From Spirochaetota bacterium (GTDB lineage Bacteria; Spirochaetota; UBA4802; UBA5550): a stretch of 64,000 nucleotides of DNA. The stretch is taken from assembly GCA_963664815.2 (NCBI GenBank), contig CAXXHB010000003.1, positions 4,064,001 through 4,128,000 on the forward strand, given 5' to 3'. The notes below the pieces were generated by a model. The model searched no databases. It was not told the DNA's origin and saw only the letters and a list, made by a program, of their open reading frames with translations. Every line of letters begins with the position of its first letter. Within the stretch, counting starts at the first letter, position 1. This document shows, one piece after another, positions 52,487 through 62,995 of this stretch. Both the position numbers and the translations under genes were made by a program.

Positions 52487-54406
52487 ATGATTAAAAAAGA
52501 AATTCTTGGGCGCTGGACAGTTGAAAAATCCGAGGAGCTTTACGGGATAAAAAACTGGGGGGCCGGTTATTTTGATATATCATCCTCGGGAGAAGTAACA
52601 ATCAATCCATTCGGTAAAAAATCTGATATCAGCATAAGCCTTATGGAGATAATCTCCGGTGTAAGACAACGCGGTTTTGAGATGCCGGTGCTTTTAAGAT
52701 TTGAAAACCTGCTTGATGCGCAGATATCTCACCTGAATGAATCGTTTAAAAAAGCAATGAAAGAATCGAACTATCAGGGCGAATACCGTGGAGTTTATCC
52801 TATTAAAGTAAACCAGCAGCAGCAGGTTATCGAAGAAGTAGCAAAATATGGAGAGAGATACCATCATGGACTTGAAGTAGGAAGTAAAGCCGAGCTTATC
52901 GGGGCTCTTTCAATTATGCGGGATAAAGAGGCATGCCTTATCTGTAACGGATATAAAGACGAAGAATTTATTGATCTTGGTCTATACGCTGTCAAAATGG
53001 GATTCAAATGTTTCTTTGTAATTGAAATTCCCGGGGAACTTGAACTTATAATACAGCGTTCTGAAATTCTTCAGGTGAAACCTCTTATCGGGATGAGGAT
53101 TAAGCTCTCTTCTAAAGCAGGGGGTCACTGGACCGAGTCGGGTGGAGACAGGAGCATTTTCGGCCTCAATACAACCCAGCTTATTGAAGCGGTTGATCAG
53201 CTTAAGAAGAGGAATATGCTTGATTGCCTGAAGCTACTCCATTACCATCTTGGTTCACAAATTCCAAACATAAGGGACATTCGTTCAGCTGTTGTTGAAG
53301 GAGCAAGAATCTACGCCGGACTTGTTAAAGAAGGTGCACAGATGGGTTATCTCGATCTTGGCGGCGGCCTTGCCGTTGACTACGATGGATCTAATACAAA
53401 TTTTTCAAACAGCAGAAATTATTCCATAGATGAATACTGCGTAGACGTAATTGAAATTGTTCAGTCGACTATGGATGAAGAGAATACACCACATCCTACT
53501 ATTATAACAGAATCTGGAAGAACAACAGTAGCCTACTACTCTGTCCTGGTTTTTAATGTACTTGATGTCGCCAAATTTGAAATTGTTAACATCCCTGAAA
53601 CTCCTCCTGAAAACTCTCACGACCTTATAAAAAGTTTATACTACATTCTTAATACTATGAATCTTAAAAACATTCAGGAGTGCTACAACGATGCACTTTA
53701 CTACAGGGATGAAGTACGGGAGCTTTTCAAACATGGAAAAATTTCTCTCAGGGAGCGTTCATTTGCTGAAACTGTCTTCTGGAATATCATAAGCGTCATC
53801 GTTCAGGAAAAGAAAAAAATGAAGCAGTCACCTGTTGATCTCAGTGAGATCGAATCGGCAATCGCTGACATCTATTACTGTAACTTTTCTGTTTTCCAGT
53901 CGGTCCCCGATCACTGGGCTATTAACCAGTTGTTTCCCATTATGCCGGTTCACAGGCTCACTGAAATGCCTTCGAGAAATGCAGTTATTGCGGATATAAC
54001 CTGCGACTGTGACGGCAAAATTGACAGTTTTATAGATTTGCACGATGTAAAACATTTTCTGCCACTGCATGATCTGTCAGGAGAAAATGACTATTATCTT
54101 GGAATTTTTCTTGTGGGTGCCTACCAGGAGACGCTTGGTGACCTGCACAACCTTTTCGGCGATACAAATGTTGCGAGCTTAAGAATTTATCCGAGCGGCG
54201 AGTACGATTTTGTCCGTGAGATTGAAGGTGACACTGTTGCGGATGTACTTTCTTACGTTGAATTTAATACAAAACAGATGCTTCTTGATTTCCGGGAAAT
54301 GGCTGAACAGGCTATTCGCGAAGGACGCATAACAGTCAATGAAAGACGCGAAATAATGAAGGCTTATGATAACGGCCTCAGAGGTTATACATATTTTGAA
54401 AAATGA
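52487..54406 (+). CDS. speA: Biosynthetic arginine decarboxylase
   Basis: YPIKVNQ (PLP Lys), GLEVGSKAEL, HYHLGSQI, DLGGGLAVDYDG, DITCDCDG, GAYQETLGDLHNLFG. Confidence 0.96.
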   Translation: MIKKEILGRWTVEKSEELYGIKNWGAGYFDISSSGEVTINPFGKKSDISISLMEIISGVRQRGFEMPVLLRFENLLDAQISHLNESFKKAMKESNYQGEYRGVYPIKVNQQQQVIEEVAKYGERYHHGLEVGSKAELIGALSIMRDKEACLICNGYKDEEFIDLGLYAVKMGFKCFFVIEIPGELELIIQRSEILQVKPLIGMRIKLSSKAGGHWTESGGDRSIFGLNTTQLIEAVDQLKKRNMLDCLKLLHYHLGSQIPNIRDIRSAVVEGARIYAGLVKEGAQMGYLDLGGGLAVDYDGSNTNFSNSRNYSIDEYCVDVIEIVQSTMDEENTPHPTIITESGRTTVAYYSVLVFNVLDVAKFEIVNIPETPPENSHDLIKSLYYILNTMNLKNIQECYNDALYYRDEVRELFKHGKISLRERSFAETVFWNIISVIVQEKKKMKQSPVDLSEIESAIADIYYCNFSVFQSVPDHWAINQLFPIMPVHRLTEMPSRNAVIADITCDCDGKIDSFIDLHDVKHFLPLHDLSGENDYYLGIFLVGAYQETLGDLHNLFGDTNVASLRIYPSGEYDFVREIEGDTVADVLSYVEFNTKQMLLDFREMAEQAIREGRITVNERREIMKAYDNGLRGYTYFEK

Positions 54407-54418
54407 GGAGGTCTCAGC

Positions 54419-55597
54419 ATGGGTAAAGTTCTGATTATAGGTGCAGGTGGAGTCGGGCAGGTTGTGGCTCATAAATGCTCACAAATAGCTGCTGTTTTCA
54501 ACGAAATATGCCTTGCAAGCAGAACCCTCTCTAAATGCGAACATATTGCTTCACAGATAAAACGACCTATACGTACAGAACGTGTTGATGCTGACAATGT
54601 CAGGGAAATGGTGAACCTCATCAGAGATTTTAAACCTGATGTAGTAATAAATGTCGCTCTCCCTTATCAGGACCTGACAATTATGGAGGCATGTCTTCAA
54701 ACAAAAGTTCACTATGTTGATACTGCAAACTATGAGCCGCGCGATGAGGCCAGGTTCTGTTATAGATGGCAGTGGGAATACCAGGAACGATTTAAAGATG
54801 CCGGAATTATGGCACTTCTAGGTTCCGGTTTTGATCCGGGCGTTACAAATGTATTTACAGCGTATGCACTTAAACATCATTTCGACGAAATACATGAACT
54901 TGATATTATTGACGTTAACGGCGGAAATCACGGGCTTAAATTTGCCACTAACTTTAATCCTGAAATCAACATCCGTGAGATTACAGCTTTATGCAGACAC
55001 TGGGAAGACGGAAAATTTGTTGAAACACCGCCAATGTCCGTAAATAAAACATTCGATTGTCCTGAAAATGTGGGAACATATAACATCTATCGTCTCTATC
55101 ACGAAGAACTTGAATCGCTAGTTAAGCATATTCCGACAATTAAAAAAGCCCAGTTCTGGATGAGTTTTTCTGAAAATTATTTAAAACACCTTGAAGTTCT
55201 TCAAAATGTGGGAATGACCTCTATTGAACCGGTAAATTTTAATGGTATGAATATTATCCCTCTTGAGTTTTTGAAGGTACTTCTTCCGGATCCTGCATCC
55301 CTCGGTCCTCTGACGAAAGGAAAAACCTGTATCGGATGTGTATGCAGAGGATTAAAGGATGGGAAACCAAAAGAATATTACGTTTATAATATATGTGATC
55401 ACGAGGAGTGTTACCGCGAGGTTAAATCTCAGGCAATTTCATATACTACAGGAGTGCCTGCAATGATTGGAGCGATGATGATTCTTAATGGTTTGTGGAA
55501 GGGGGAAGGTGTCTTCAACATGGAGCAGATGAATCCTGACCCGTTTATGGATGCGCTCAATGTCCATGGACTTCCATGGAAGGAGATTTTCCTGTAA
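54419..55597 (+). CDS. Carboxy(nor)spermidine dehydrogenase (saccharopine dehydrogenase family)
   Basis: GAGGVG, NVALPYQD, DTANYE, GFDPGVT, ATNFNPEINIRE, QAISYTTGVP; upstream of nspC. Confidence 0.9.
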   Translation: MGKVLIIGAGGVGQVVAHKCSQIAAVFNEICLASRTLSKCEHIASQIKRPIRTERVDADNVREMVNLIRDFKPDVVINVALPYQDLTIMEACLQTKVHYVDTANYEPRDEARFCYRWQWEYQERFKDAGIMALLGSGFDPGVTNVFTAYALKHHFDEIHELDIIDVNGGNHGLKFATNFNPEINIREITALCRHWEDGKFVETPPMSVNKTFDCPENVGTYNIYRLYHEELESLVKHIPTIKKAQFWMSFSENYLKHLEVLQNVGMTSIEPVNFNGMNIIPLEFLKVLLPDPASLGPLTKGKTCIGCVCRGLKDGKPKEYYVYNICDHEECYREVKSQAISYTTGVPAMIGAMMILNGLWKGEGVFNMEQMNPDPFMDALNVHGLPWKEIFL

Positions 55598-55656
55598 AAG
55601 AATATTCCAGGTTTCAGATAAATGCAATTACTCCTATACTATAAAGGGCATATTCC

Positions 55657-56793
55657 ATGACAGACTTCTCTGTTTTTCAAACTCCATGTTTTGCAGTAGA
55701 TGAGGTTCTTCTGAAAAAGAACCTCGAAATACTGTCACGCATACAAAAACTGACCGGTGCGAAAATACTGCTTGCGCTGAAGGGTTTTGCCATGTTTTCT
55801 GCCGCTCCCCTTGTCAGTCAGCATCTCGCAGGAACATGCGCGAGTTCCCCCCATGAAGCAAAACTCGGCCGTGAAGAGTTTGGCGGCGAGGTTCACTCGT
55901 TCGCAGCCGCTTATAGTGACAGCGACTTTGATGAGCTTCTGGAATTCTCCGACCATATTGTACTCAACTCCATAAGCCAGTATGATCATTTTAAAAATAA
56001 AATTGAACGTACCCATAAACAGATAAAGTTCGGTCTGCGTATCAACCCCGAACACAGTGAGACTGAGATCGAGTTATACGATCCATGCTCACCTTTCTCG
56101 CGGCTTGGCATAACAAGGAAAAATTTTCCTGACATACTGCCGCAATATATAAGCGGACTTCATTTTCATAATTTATGTGAAAAAAATTCTGATTCTCTTG
56201 AACGAACTATCATTGCAGCAGAATCTAAATTCGGAGAATTTTTTCATCAGTGCCACTGGATCAACTTCGGAGGAGGACACCACATTACGAGAGAAGATTA
56301 TGATACGGGACTTCTCTCTGACCTTATCATATATTTTAAGGATAAATACCATGTCAATATTTATCTTGAACCCGGGGAGGCTGTCGCACTTAACACAGGG
56401 TTTCTAGTCTCAACCGTTCTTGATGTAATTACAAATGTAAAAAATATAGCTATTCTCGATACATCTGCGGCTGCACATATGCCGGACGTTATCGAAATGC
56501 CGTACAGGCCTTCCATCATCGGCTCGGCTGAACCCGGAGTTCTTCCATACACATACAGACTCGGCGGTCTTTCATGCCTCGCCGGAGACATTATCGGCGA
56601 TTTCTCATTCAGCAAACCTCTTGTCCCGGGGGACAGACTTGTGTTCACAGACATGGCCCACTACTCCATGGTAAAAACAAATACATTCAACGGATTAAAA
56701 CTTCCGGATATCTATTATTTCAATTCTGACACCGGCATAATTCTTCACAGGAAAAGTTTCGGTTACAGTGATTTTAAAGGGAGACTTTCATGA
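55657..56793 (+). CDS. nspC: Carboxynorspermidine decarboxylase
   Basis: LALKGF, GLRINPE, YDPC..SRLG, NFGGGH, LEPGE, CLAGD, HYSMVKTNTFNG. Confidence 0.94.
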   Translation: MTDFSVFQTPCFAVDEVLLKKNLEILSRIQKLTGAKILLALKGFAMFSAAPLVSQHLAGTCASSPHEAKLGREEFGGEVHSFAAAYSDSDFDELLEFSDHIVLNSISQYDHFKNKIERTHKQIKFGLRINPEHSETEIELYDPCSPFSRLGITRKNFPDILPQYISGLHFHNLCEKNSDSLERTIIAAESKFGEFFHQCHWINFGGGHHITREDYDTGLLSDLIIYFKDKYHVNIYLEPGEAVALNTGFLVSTVLDVITNVKNIAILDTSAAAHMPDVIEMPYRPSIIGSAEPGVLPYTYRLGGLSCLAGDIIGDFSFSKPLVPGDRLVFTDMAHYSMVKTNTFNGLKLPDIYYFNSDTGIILHRKSFGYSDFKGRLS

Positions 56794-57656
56794 CAGGAAA
56801 TATTTTTTTTCTCGAAAGCGAAGGGGGGCGCCCCGATAAGGATAAATCATTTTTTCATGTATTACCCGTTCCGTATGAGAAAACCGTATCGTACGGGAAA
56901 GGCACAGCCGGCGGACCTGCCGCAATAATTGCAGCTTCGCAGCAACTTGAAGCCTTTGATGGAATCTCTCTCCCTTCAGAAAATGGAATTTATACACACA
57001 AAGCGATTGACTGCAGCGGTGCCGATATTCATGTCTTACATGACATAGAAAAGAAGACCACATCTATACTGTCCATGGGAAAGATTCCAGTTATCCTTGG
57101 GGGTGAACATACTGTAAGTTATGGCCCCATTATTGCCGCGAAGAAACACTTTAACACAATCGGAGTAATACACTTCGACGCGCACGCTGACCTCAGAAAC
57201 AAATTCGAAGAATCTGACTTTTCTCACGCCTGTGTTATGCGCAGAGTTCATGAAAAAGGAATTCCAATTGTGCAGATAGGGGTAAGAAGCTTTTCCCTGG
57301 AGGAGCAGAAATACAGAGATGAAAACAGCGACATTATCTGTTATAACGCTTCCTGCATATACAGAAAAAACAGTTTCACTATCGATTTCCCTGCGAATTT
57401 CCCTGACGACATCTACATTTCGGTTGATGTTGATGGACTGGATCCATCTGTTATTCCACATACCGGGACACCTGTCCCGGGAGGATTATACTGGTATGAT
57501 TTTTTCAGATTTATAGAATCAATACCGGCTTCAAAAAGAATAATCGGCTTTGATGTTGTAGAACTTGCTCCTGCTGAAGGTTCAGTTGTTTCTGATTTTG
57601 CAGCGGCACAGCTTACTTATAATATTATGGGAATAATAAGCAGACGGATAAAATAG
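56790..57656 (+). CDS. speB: Agmatinase
   Basis: GGEH, HFDAHADL, SHAC, DVDGLDPS..TGTPVPGG, FDVVEL. Confidence 0.92.
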   Translation: MTGNIFFLESEGGRPDKDKSFFHVLPVPYEKTVSYGKGTAGGPAAIIAASQQLEAFDGISLPSENGIYTHKAIDCSGADIHVLHDIEKKTTSILSMGKIPVILGGEHTVSYGPIIAAKKHFNTIGVIHFDAHADLRNKFEESDFSHACVMRRVHEKGIPIVQIGVRSFSLEEQKYRDENSDIICYNASCIYRKNSFTIDFPANFPDDIYISVDVDGLDPSVIPHTGTPVPGGLYWYDFFRFIESIPASKRIIGFDVVELAPAEGSVVSDFAAAQLTYNIMGIISRRIK

Positions 57657-58109
57657 TTATTTTTCAGGGATTTTTTTCTTTATATATAATATTTTTTTCA
57701 CTGTTGCTATAACATTTCCATTATCATCTACCACATCAATCACAAACTGAGGATTAATTGATTCCCCGCTTTCGGCCAGTTTTCTTATTTCATCATAACG
57801 TTCTTCTGTAATATGATACCGGGCATGAACTCTGCTCTTTCCCGGTTTTTTAAATATAATAGATGCCTCTTTATCCCAGACTATATACTCCCTGCCGAGA
57901 TTTTCCATCAGCAGGAAGAAAAAAAACGGATCACACATTGCATAAAGAGATCCTCCGAAATGTGTTTTTACATAGTTTCTGTTCCAGAAAGTAAGCTTCA
58001 TGCTTACATCCACAGTTTTAACATCTTTTGAAATTTTAACTTTTATACCTGCTCCGAGAAATGGAGGATAAAAGCTGAACATCTTAAAAAATATTTTTTT
58101 GAAAATCAT
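57657..58109 (-). CDS. Hotdog-fold thioesterase-like protein (DUF4442)
   Basis: YPPFLGAGI, NRNYVKTHFGGSLYAMCDP, YIVWDK. Confidence 0.82.
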   Translation of the reverse strand: MIFKKIFFKMFSFYPPFLGAGIKVKISKDVKTVDVSMKLTFWNRNYVKTHFGGSLYAMCDPFFFFLLMENLGREYIVWDKEASIIFKKPGKSRVHARYHITEERYDEIRKLAESGESINPQFVIDVVDDNGNVIATVKKILYIKKKIPEK

Positions 58110-58237
58110 CTACCACCTCTTTGTAATGAAAAATATTTTATAATTTCATTAAAAAACCATAAATTCATGACGTTTTAACTGAATTTAAAATTTTCAACCA
58201 ATATTTTAAAGATGAAATACTTTAAATTAATCCTGAA

Positions 58238-58276
58238 ATAAAAAGAGCCGCATTATTTTTCTGCAGCTCTTTTTAT
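58238..58276 (-). terminator. Terminator after the acyl-CoA ligase pair
   Basis: ataaaaagagccgca...tgcagctctttttat hairpin with A/T tails. Confidence 0.6.
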
Positions 58277-58315
58277 CCATTCTTTCAGTACTTGTTGAAT
58301 TCGATGCTTGACTTT

Positions 58316-60019
58316 TTATTTCTGCTTTTTCTTAGCTGTTTTTTCCGCTTCTTCAGCTTTAAGTATTTTGCGCATGATCTTGCCGGTAGCACTTTTAGGA
58401 AGAACATCGCAGAATTCAACAACCTCCGGATGCTTATATGTTGAGAGTTCTTTTTTAGACCAGTCAATAATCTCCGCTTCAGTTACTTTCCCTTTGAAGT
58501 CAGGTTTAAGAACAATAAACGCCTTTACCTTTTCACCCTTGTAGTCATCGGGAATTCCTATTACGCAGCATTCAGAAATTGATGGGTGGTGATAGAGATA
58601 CTCCTCCACCTCTGCCGGATATACGCTGAATCCGGACACTTTAATCATCTCCTTTGTCCTTCCACAAAGCCAGAGGAAACCGTCTTCATCCATCTTAACT
58701 ATATCACCTGTCTTAAGCCACATAAAGTCGCTGTCAGGTTCTTTGAAGAAAGTCTTAGCCGTCTCTTCCGGGCTGTTCCAGTAACCTACAGCAACAGACG
58801 GGCCTCTCTGCCATAACTCGCCATCTTCTCCTATTGCCGCCTCTTTTGTTTCGTCAGTGAGATTTGTTATCCTGATATCAACAAGCGGACATGGGACTCC
58901 GATCGATCCAACCCTTGAATAACCGCTGGAGTTACAGATATTGTAAGCCATCGTTTCACTCATGCCGAAACCGTCCTGCAGTTCTGCGCCAAACAGTTCT
59001 TTGTACCTGTTAAACAGCGCCTGCGGCAAAGGCATTCCCCCTGTACCGAAAAACTTCATGGAAGAGAGATCATAATCGCTGAATTTCGGATGTTGGATAA
59101 ATGCTATATTCATGGTAGTAATACCTGTCCATACAGTACATCGGTATTTTTCAATCGCTTTATAGAGCACCTCAAGTTCAAACCGGACCAGCAGCACTAT
59201 AGTTGCACCACATAAAATCGGCGCATTCATTGAGTTGTTGGAACCATTGACATGAAAAAACGGAAGAACAGAAAGATGCACATCATCAGGCTTTGTAGGC
59301 CTCCCATATGCCGAATTTGTGGCATTGGCAAGTATATTGAAATGCGTAAGCATCGCGGCTTTCGGGTTACCAGTCGTCCCTGAGGTATACTGCAGCAGTG
59401 AGATATCTTTTTTCAAATCGAGTTTAGCAGGATCGGTCAGCGGTGTAGAACCTGCGATATCATTCCATGATATCGTATCAGGGAAAGTCATCCCTTTCAG
59501 ATCCATTATAAAAGTGACTGGAAGCTCAGGCTCAGCAGGAAGATACTCTCCAAGTGAAGTTACAATAACTTTTTCAACAGATGGAACCTGGCTCCTTATA
59601 TTCTGGAAAACAGGAAAGAGGTCATCCTCAACAATAACTACCTTTGGTTTACAATCATTCAGAACAAAACTAAGCTCACCACCTTTGTACAAAGGACTGC
59701 CTGTAATAACTATCGCACCCAGCAATATTCCGGCATAATATGCAGCTACAAACTGCGGACAGTTCTGAAGTGAAAGATAAAGCCGGTCACCTTTTTTAAG
59801 TCCATGTCTCTGCAATCCACCCGCAACACGCCACACCATATCATTCAATTCGCGGTAAGTAATAATTTTCCCGTAGAATATTATTGCAGGTTTATCCGGA
59901 ATCCGCCATGAATGATGATAAAGGTGCCATGCCAGTGAATCATCCCCATAATAAAATCTGTCAGGCCACCAGTGCGGAATATTTTTTTCCCATATTTTTT
60001 TATCCATCGGTTTGATCAT
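58316..60019 (-). CDS. Long-chain-fatty-acid--CoA ligase (AMP-binding)
   Basis: QYTSGTTGNPKA, GFGMSET, KTGD, GRTKEMIK, LPKSATGK. Confidence 0.9.
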   Translation of the reverse strand: MIKPMDKKIWEKNIPHWWPDRFYYGDDSLAWHLYHHSWRIPDKPAIIFYGKIITYRELNDMVWRVAGGLQRHGLKKGDRLYLSLQNCPQFVAAYYAGILLGAIVITGSPLYKGGELSFVLNDCKPKVVIVEDDLFPVFQNIRSQVPSVEKVIVTSLGEYLPAEPELPVTFIMDLKGMTFPDTISWNDIAGSTPLTDPAKLDLKKDISLLQYTSGTTGNPKAAMLTHFNILANATNSAYGRPTKPDDVHLSVLPFFHVNGSNNSMNAPILCGATIVLLVRFELEVLYKAIEKYRCTVWTGITTMNIAFIQHPKFSDYDLSSMKFFGTGGMPLPQALFNRYKELFGAELQDGFGMSETMAYNICNSSGYSRVGSIGVPCPLVDIRITNLTDETKEAAIGEDGELWQRGPSVAVGYWNSPEETAKTFFKEPDSDFMWLKTGDIVKMDEDGFLWLCGRTKEMIKVSGFSVYPAEVEEYLYHHPSISECCVIGIPDDYKGEKVKAFIVLKPDFKGKVTEAEIIDWSKKELSTYKHPEVVEFCDVLPKSATGKIMRKILKAEEAEKTAKKKQK

Positions 60020-60042
60020 TTAATAAACCTCCTTCTCTATTT

Positions 60043-61716
60043 TTATTTTTGTCTTTTCTCCTGCTCCTCCTCTTTCAGGAACCTCCTGGCAACTTTGCCA
60101 GTTGGCCCCTTTGGCAGGCTTGTACGAAATTCAATAGTCCTCGGGTATTTATATGGAGCCATCTGGCCTTTAGCCCATTCAACCAACTCTTCCTCCTTTA
60201 CCTTCTCCGCCCAGTCAGGTTTAAGAACCACAAAGGCTTTCACCTCTTCCCCTTTAACATCATGAGGTACCCCTATTATACAGCATTCCATGATAGCCGG
60301 ATGTGCATACATGTACTCCTCCACCTCGGCAGGAAATACGCTGTATGCGGAGGACTTTATCAGTTCTTTTAACCGACCGCATATATAGATGTAACCGTCT
60401 TCATCCATTTTCACTATATCGCCGGTGCGTACCCATCCATCTCCCAGGAATGTGTCCTTTGACTCCTCCGGATTGTTCCAGTAACCGATACCTGAACTGG
60501 GAGTCTTCACCCATAACTCACCCTCTTCGCCAATTTTAACGTCTTTGCTTAAATCATTTATATCCGCAATACGGAGATCAACCTGCGGCACAGGCAGACC
60601 GATACTCCCAAGCCTTACTGCATCACTGGGGTTGAACACGGTAGTCGCAGTAGTTTCGCTCATACCATAACCCTCAAAAAGAATAATCCCCATGTCCTTG
60701 AACTTGTTAAATACTGCCTGCGGCAGCGGGGCTCCTCCCACTCCGAAATTAACAAGGCTGGAAATATTATACTGACTGAACTTAGGATGATTTGCTATAA
60801 CAACTACAATAGGTGTGGCAACTATGCTTAATGTTCCTTTATATCTTTCGACAGCCTGCAGCCAACCCTCGGGATCAAAACGTGTAAGTATCAGCAGAGT
60901 GTTCCCTCCGAAAGCCCAGGCAAGCATATGATCGTTCATACTGGTTACATGAAACAGTGGAAGTACTGCAACAAGAACCGAATCGACCGTATTATACGGC
61001 TGTACATTGTTTATGAAACCCCCATTCAGGAGATTTTTATGAGTAAGCATCGCCCCTTTGGGTTTGCCGGTTGTCCCGGATGTGTACTGCAGCAGTGCCA
61101 CATCATTTATATCAACATCAGCCATCTTTTTAACAGGGGCGCCGGATATGAAATCCTTCCATTCAATAAGCCCTGGAAATTTTACTCCTTTTGACTTCAA
61201 ATCAGCCGGAAACGCAGGATACGGCTCTGAAGGAAGATATTCATCAAGCGATGTAACTATAACATTTTTTACTGCCGGAATTTTATCTTTAATCTCACCA
61301 TATAGAGAAGCGACAGATTCTTCAATAATCATGGTTCCGGACCCGCTGTCATTCAGAGCATACGTTACTTCTCCGGCTTTGTAAGCAGGACTGATTGCCA
61401 TGACAATAGCTCCAACCATGTGTGCAGCAAAGTATGAGATTACAAACTGCGGACAGTTCTGCATAATGAGACAAACCCTGTCACCTTTCTTAACCCCAAG
61501 TCTTTCAAGACCGCCAGCAGTTCTCATAATCTGGCCACGAAGTTCATCCCATGTAATAATTTTCCCATAATAAATGATAGCAGTGCGGCTTCTGTTTCGC
61601 AAAGAGTTATTATACAGTATATGGAAAAGAGGATCTTTCCCGTGTATATAGCCCTCTTTTATCCATGCGTCGGTCCAGCTCTTTTCCCATATTCTTTCCC
61701 ATGCTTTTACTTCCAT
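60043..61716 (-). CDS. Long-chain-fatty-acid--CoA ligase (AMP-binding), tandem paralogue
   Basis: QYTSGTTGKPKG, EGYGMSET, RTGD, GRLKELIK, LPKGPTGK. Confidence 0.9.
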   Translation of the reverse strand: MEVKAWERIWEKSWTDAWIKEGYIHGKDPLFHILYNNSLRNRSRTAIIYYGKIITWDELRGQIMRTAGGLERLGVKKGDRVCLIMQNCPQFVISYFAAHMVGAIVMAISPAYKAGEVTYALNDSGSGTMIIEESVASLYGEIKDKIPAVKNVIVTSLDEYLPSEPYPAFPADLKSKGVKFPGLIEWKDFISGAPVKKMADVDINDVALLQYTSGTTGKPKGAMLTHKNLLNGGFINNVQPYNTVDSVLVAVLPLFHVTSMNDHMLAWAFGGNTLLILTRFDPEGWLQAVERYKGTLSIVATPIVVVIANHPKFSQYNISSLVNFGVGGAPLPQAVFNKFKDMGIILFEGYGMSETTATTVFNPSDAVRLGSIGLPVPQVDLRIADINDLSKDVKIGEEGELWVKTPSSGIGYWNNPEESKDTFLGDGWVRTGDIVKMDEDGYIYICGRLKELIKSSAYSVFPAEVEEYMYAHPAIMECCIIGVPHDVKGEEVKAFVVLKPDWAEKVKEEELVEWAKGQMAPYKYPRTIEFRTSLPKGPTGKVARRFLKEEEQEKRQK

Positions 61717-62995
61717 TTTGTTATCTCCTTAATGAATTTATAAATGCTTATAAACTGTTACTGATAATGACATCCACAGTGCAAAGGCACAGCGGAGATT
61801 AATTTTAACTGTCAATTTATGAGTAGATAAATGGATAAATACTTCTGCTGATGAAAATGCCGCTTACATTATATTGTCTTTAACCATCACCTCCGGGTTT
61901 ATAAAAATTACTGAATGCTTTCTTCGTCTGAGTTAATATGAGATAAAGCGGAAAATGAATACACTTCCATCTCCGGATTCTATTAATACTATTGCAGGAA
62001 AACAAAAAGAGACATTAAATATATCTCTGCACGTTTCAAAGGTCATTTGTAAATTCCGGAAATATACTGTTCTATTCCGGAGATTTTTATCAAATTACAT
62101 AAACAAATTACTGGAATGTGGAATATTCAAATTAATAAATAATTATAACCTCTTAAACGATAAAAAATTTAACAAGTCAAACTATTTTTTTCTAATTAAA
62201 TTCGAAATGTTAATATTTTTTCTGGTGTTATTATGACTTGTCTACATGATATACAATTAATATTTAAAGTTATCATTTATTTTTTATATCATTTTTAAAT
62301 GAAATACTATAGTTTTTTATATATGCCGCTCATTCTGCCACACTATCATGTTATTGTGCTACAACATTTATCAGCCACTGAATGTTGTAAATTTGCTTAC
62401 TTTTAAATATTGATTTTCGTGCATTCGATGTCCGCATATAAGTTCTTGCTGATCCGGCAAAAACGTTCCTTACAGGGATTGAATTCTGCGACGTTCTTCT
62501 AAAAAATTCAACAGTAAAAATCATACATAAAGAATAACTGAAAATATTTTATGGCTATACATTCCGGAATCAGCGAAGAGGAAAAAAGACCATGCAACCG
62601 TATTCAACAGGTTAGACGGCCTTTAAAAAATTCTTGTCTTACAATAATGTATCTCGCCACAGTTGCCCGAATTCCTTAGGAACAAAAATGTATCTATCCC
62701 GGCAGTATCCCGGGCATAAACTGATGACCGGAATTTATCCATCCGGAACTGTTAAGATTGAATTGTTACAATTACATAAATATTTAACATCATCGTAACA
62801 ACAGTATAACATCTGTTGTATTATTATTTCATCAACGTTCCGGAACCCCATCCTGTTGAGCCCGATTGTTACCGGAATATCAATATTTAACATTAATGAA
62901 ATATCAAAGCCAGCATAACGGCTGAAATGAACTTGCCGATAAAGATTACTGATAATTAAATCACTCAAAGTATTTAATACAAAAAGGAATAACAA

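Noticed and set aside
61955-62995. ORFs 61955-62236 (+) and 62735-62995 (-); glutamine or c-di-GMP riboswitch before amt
   Set aside because: The ORFs have low-complexity AT-driven composition and no motifs; the riboswitch consensus elements were not found
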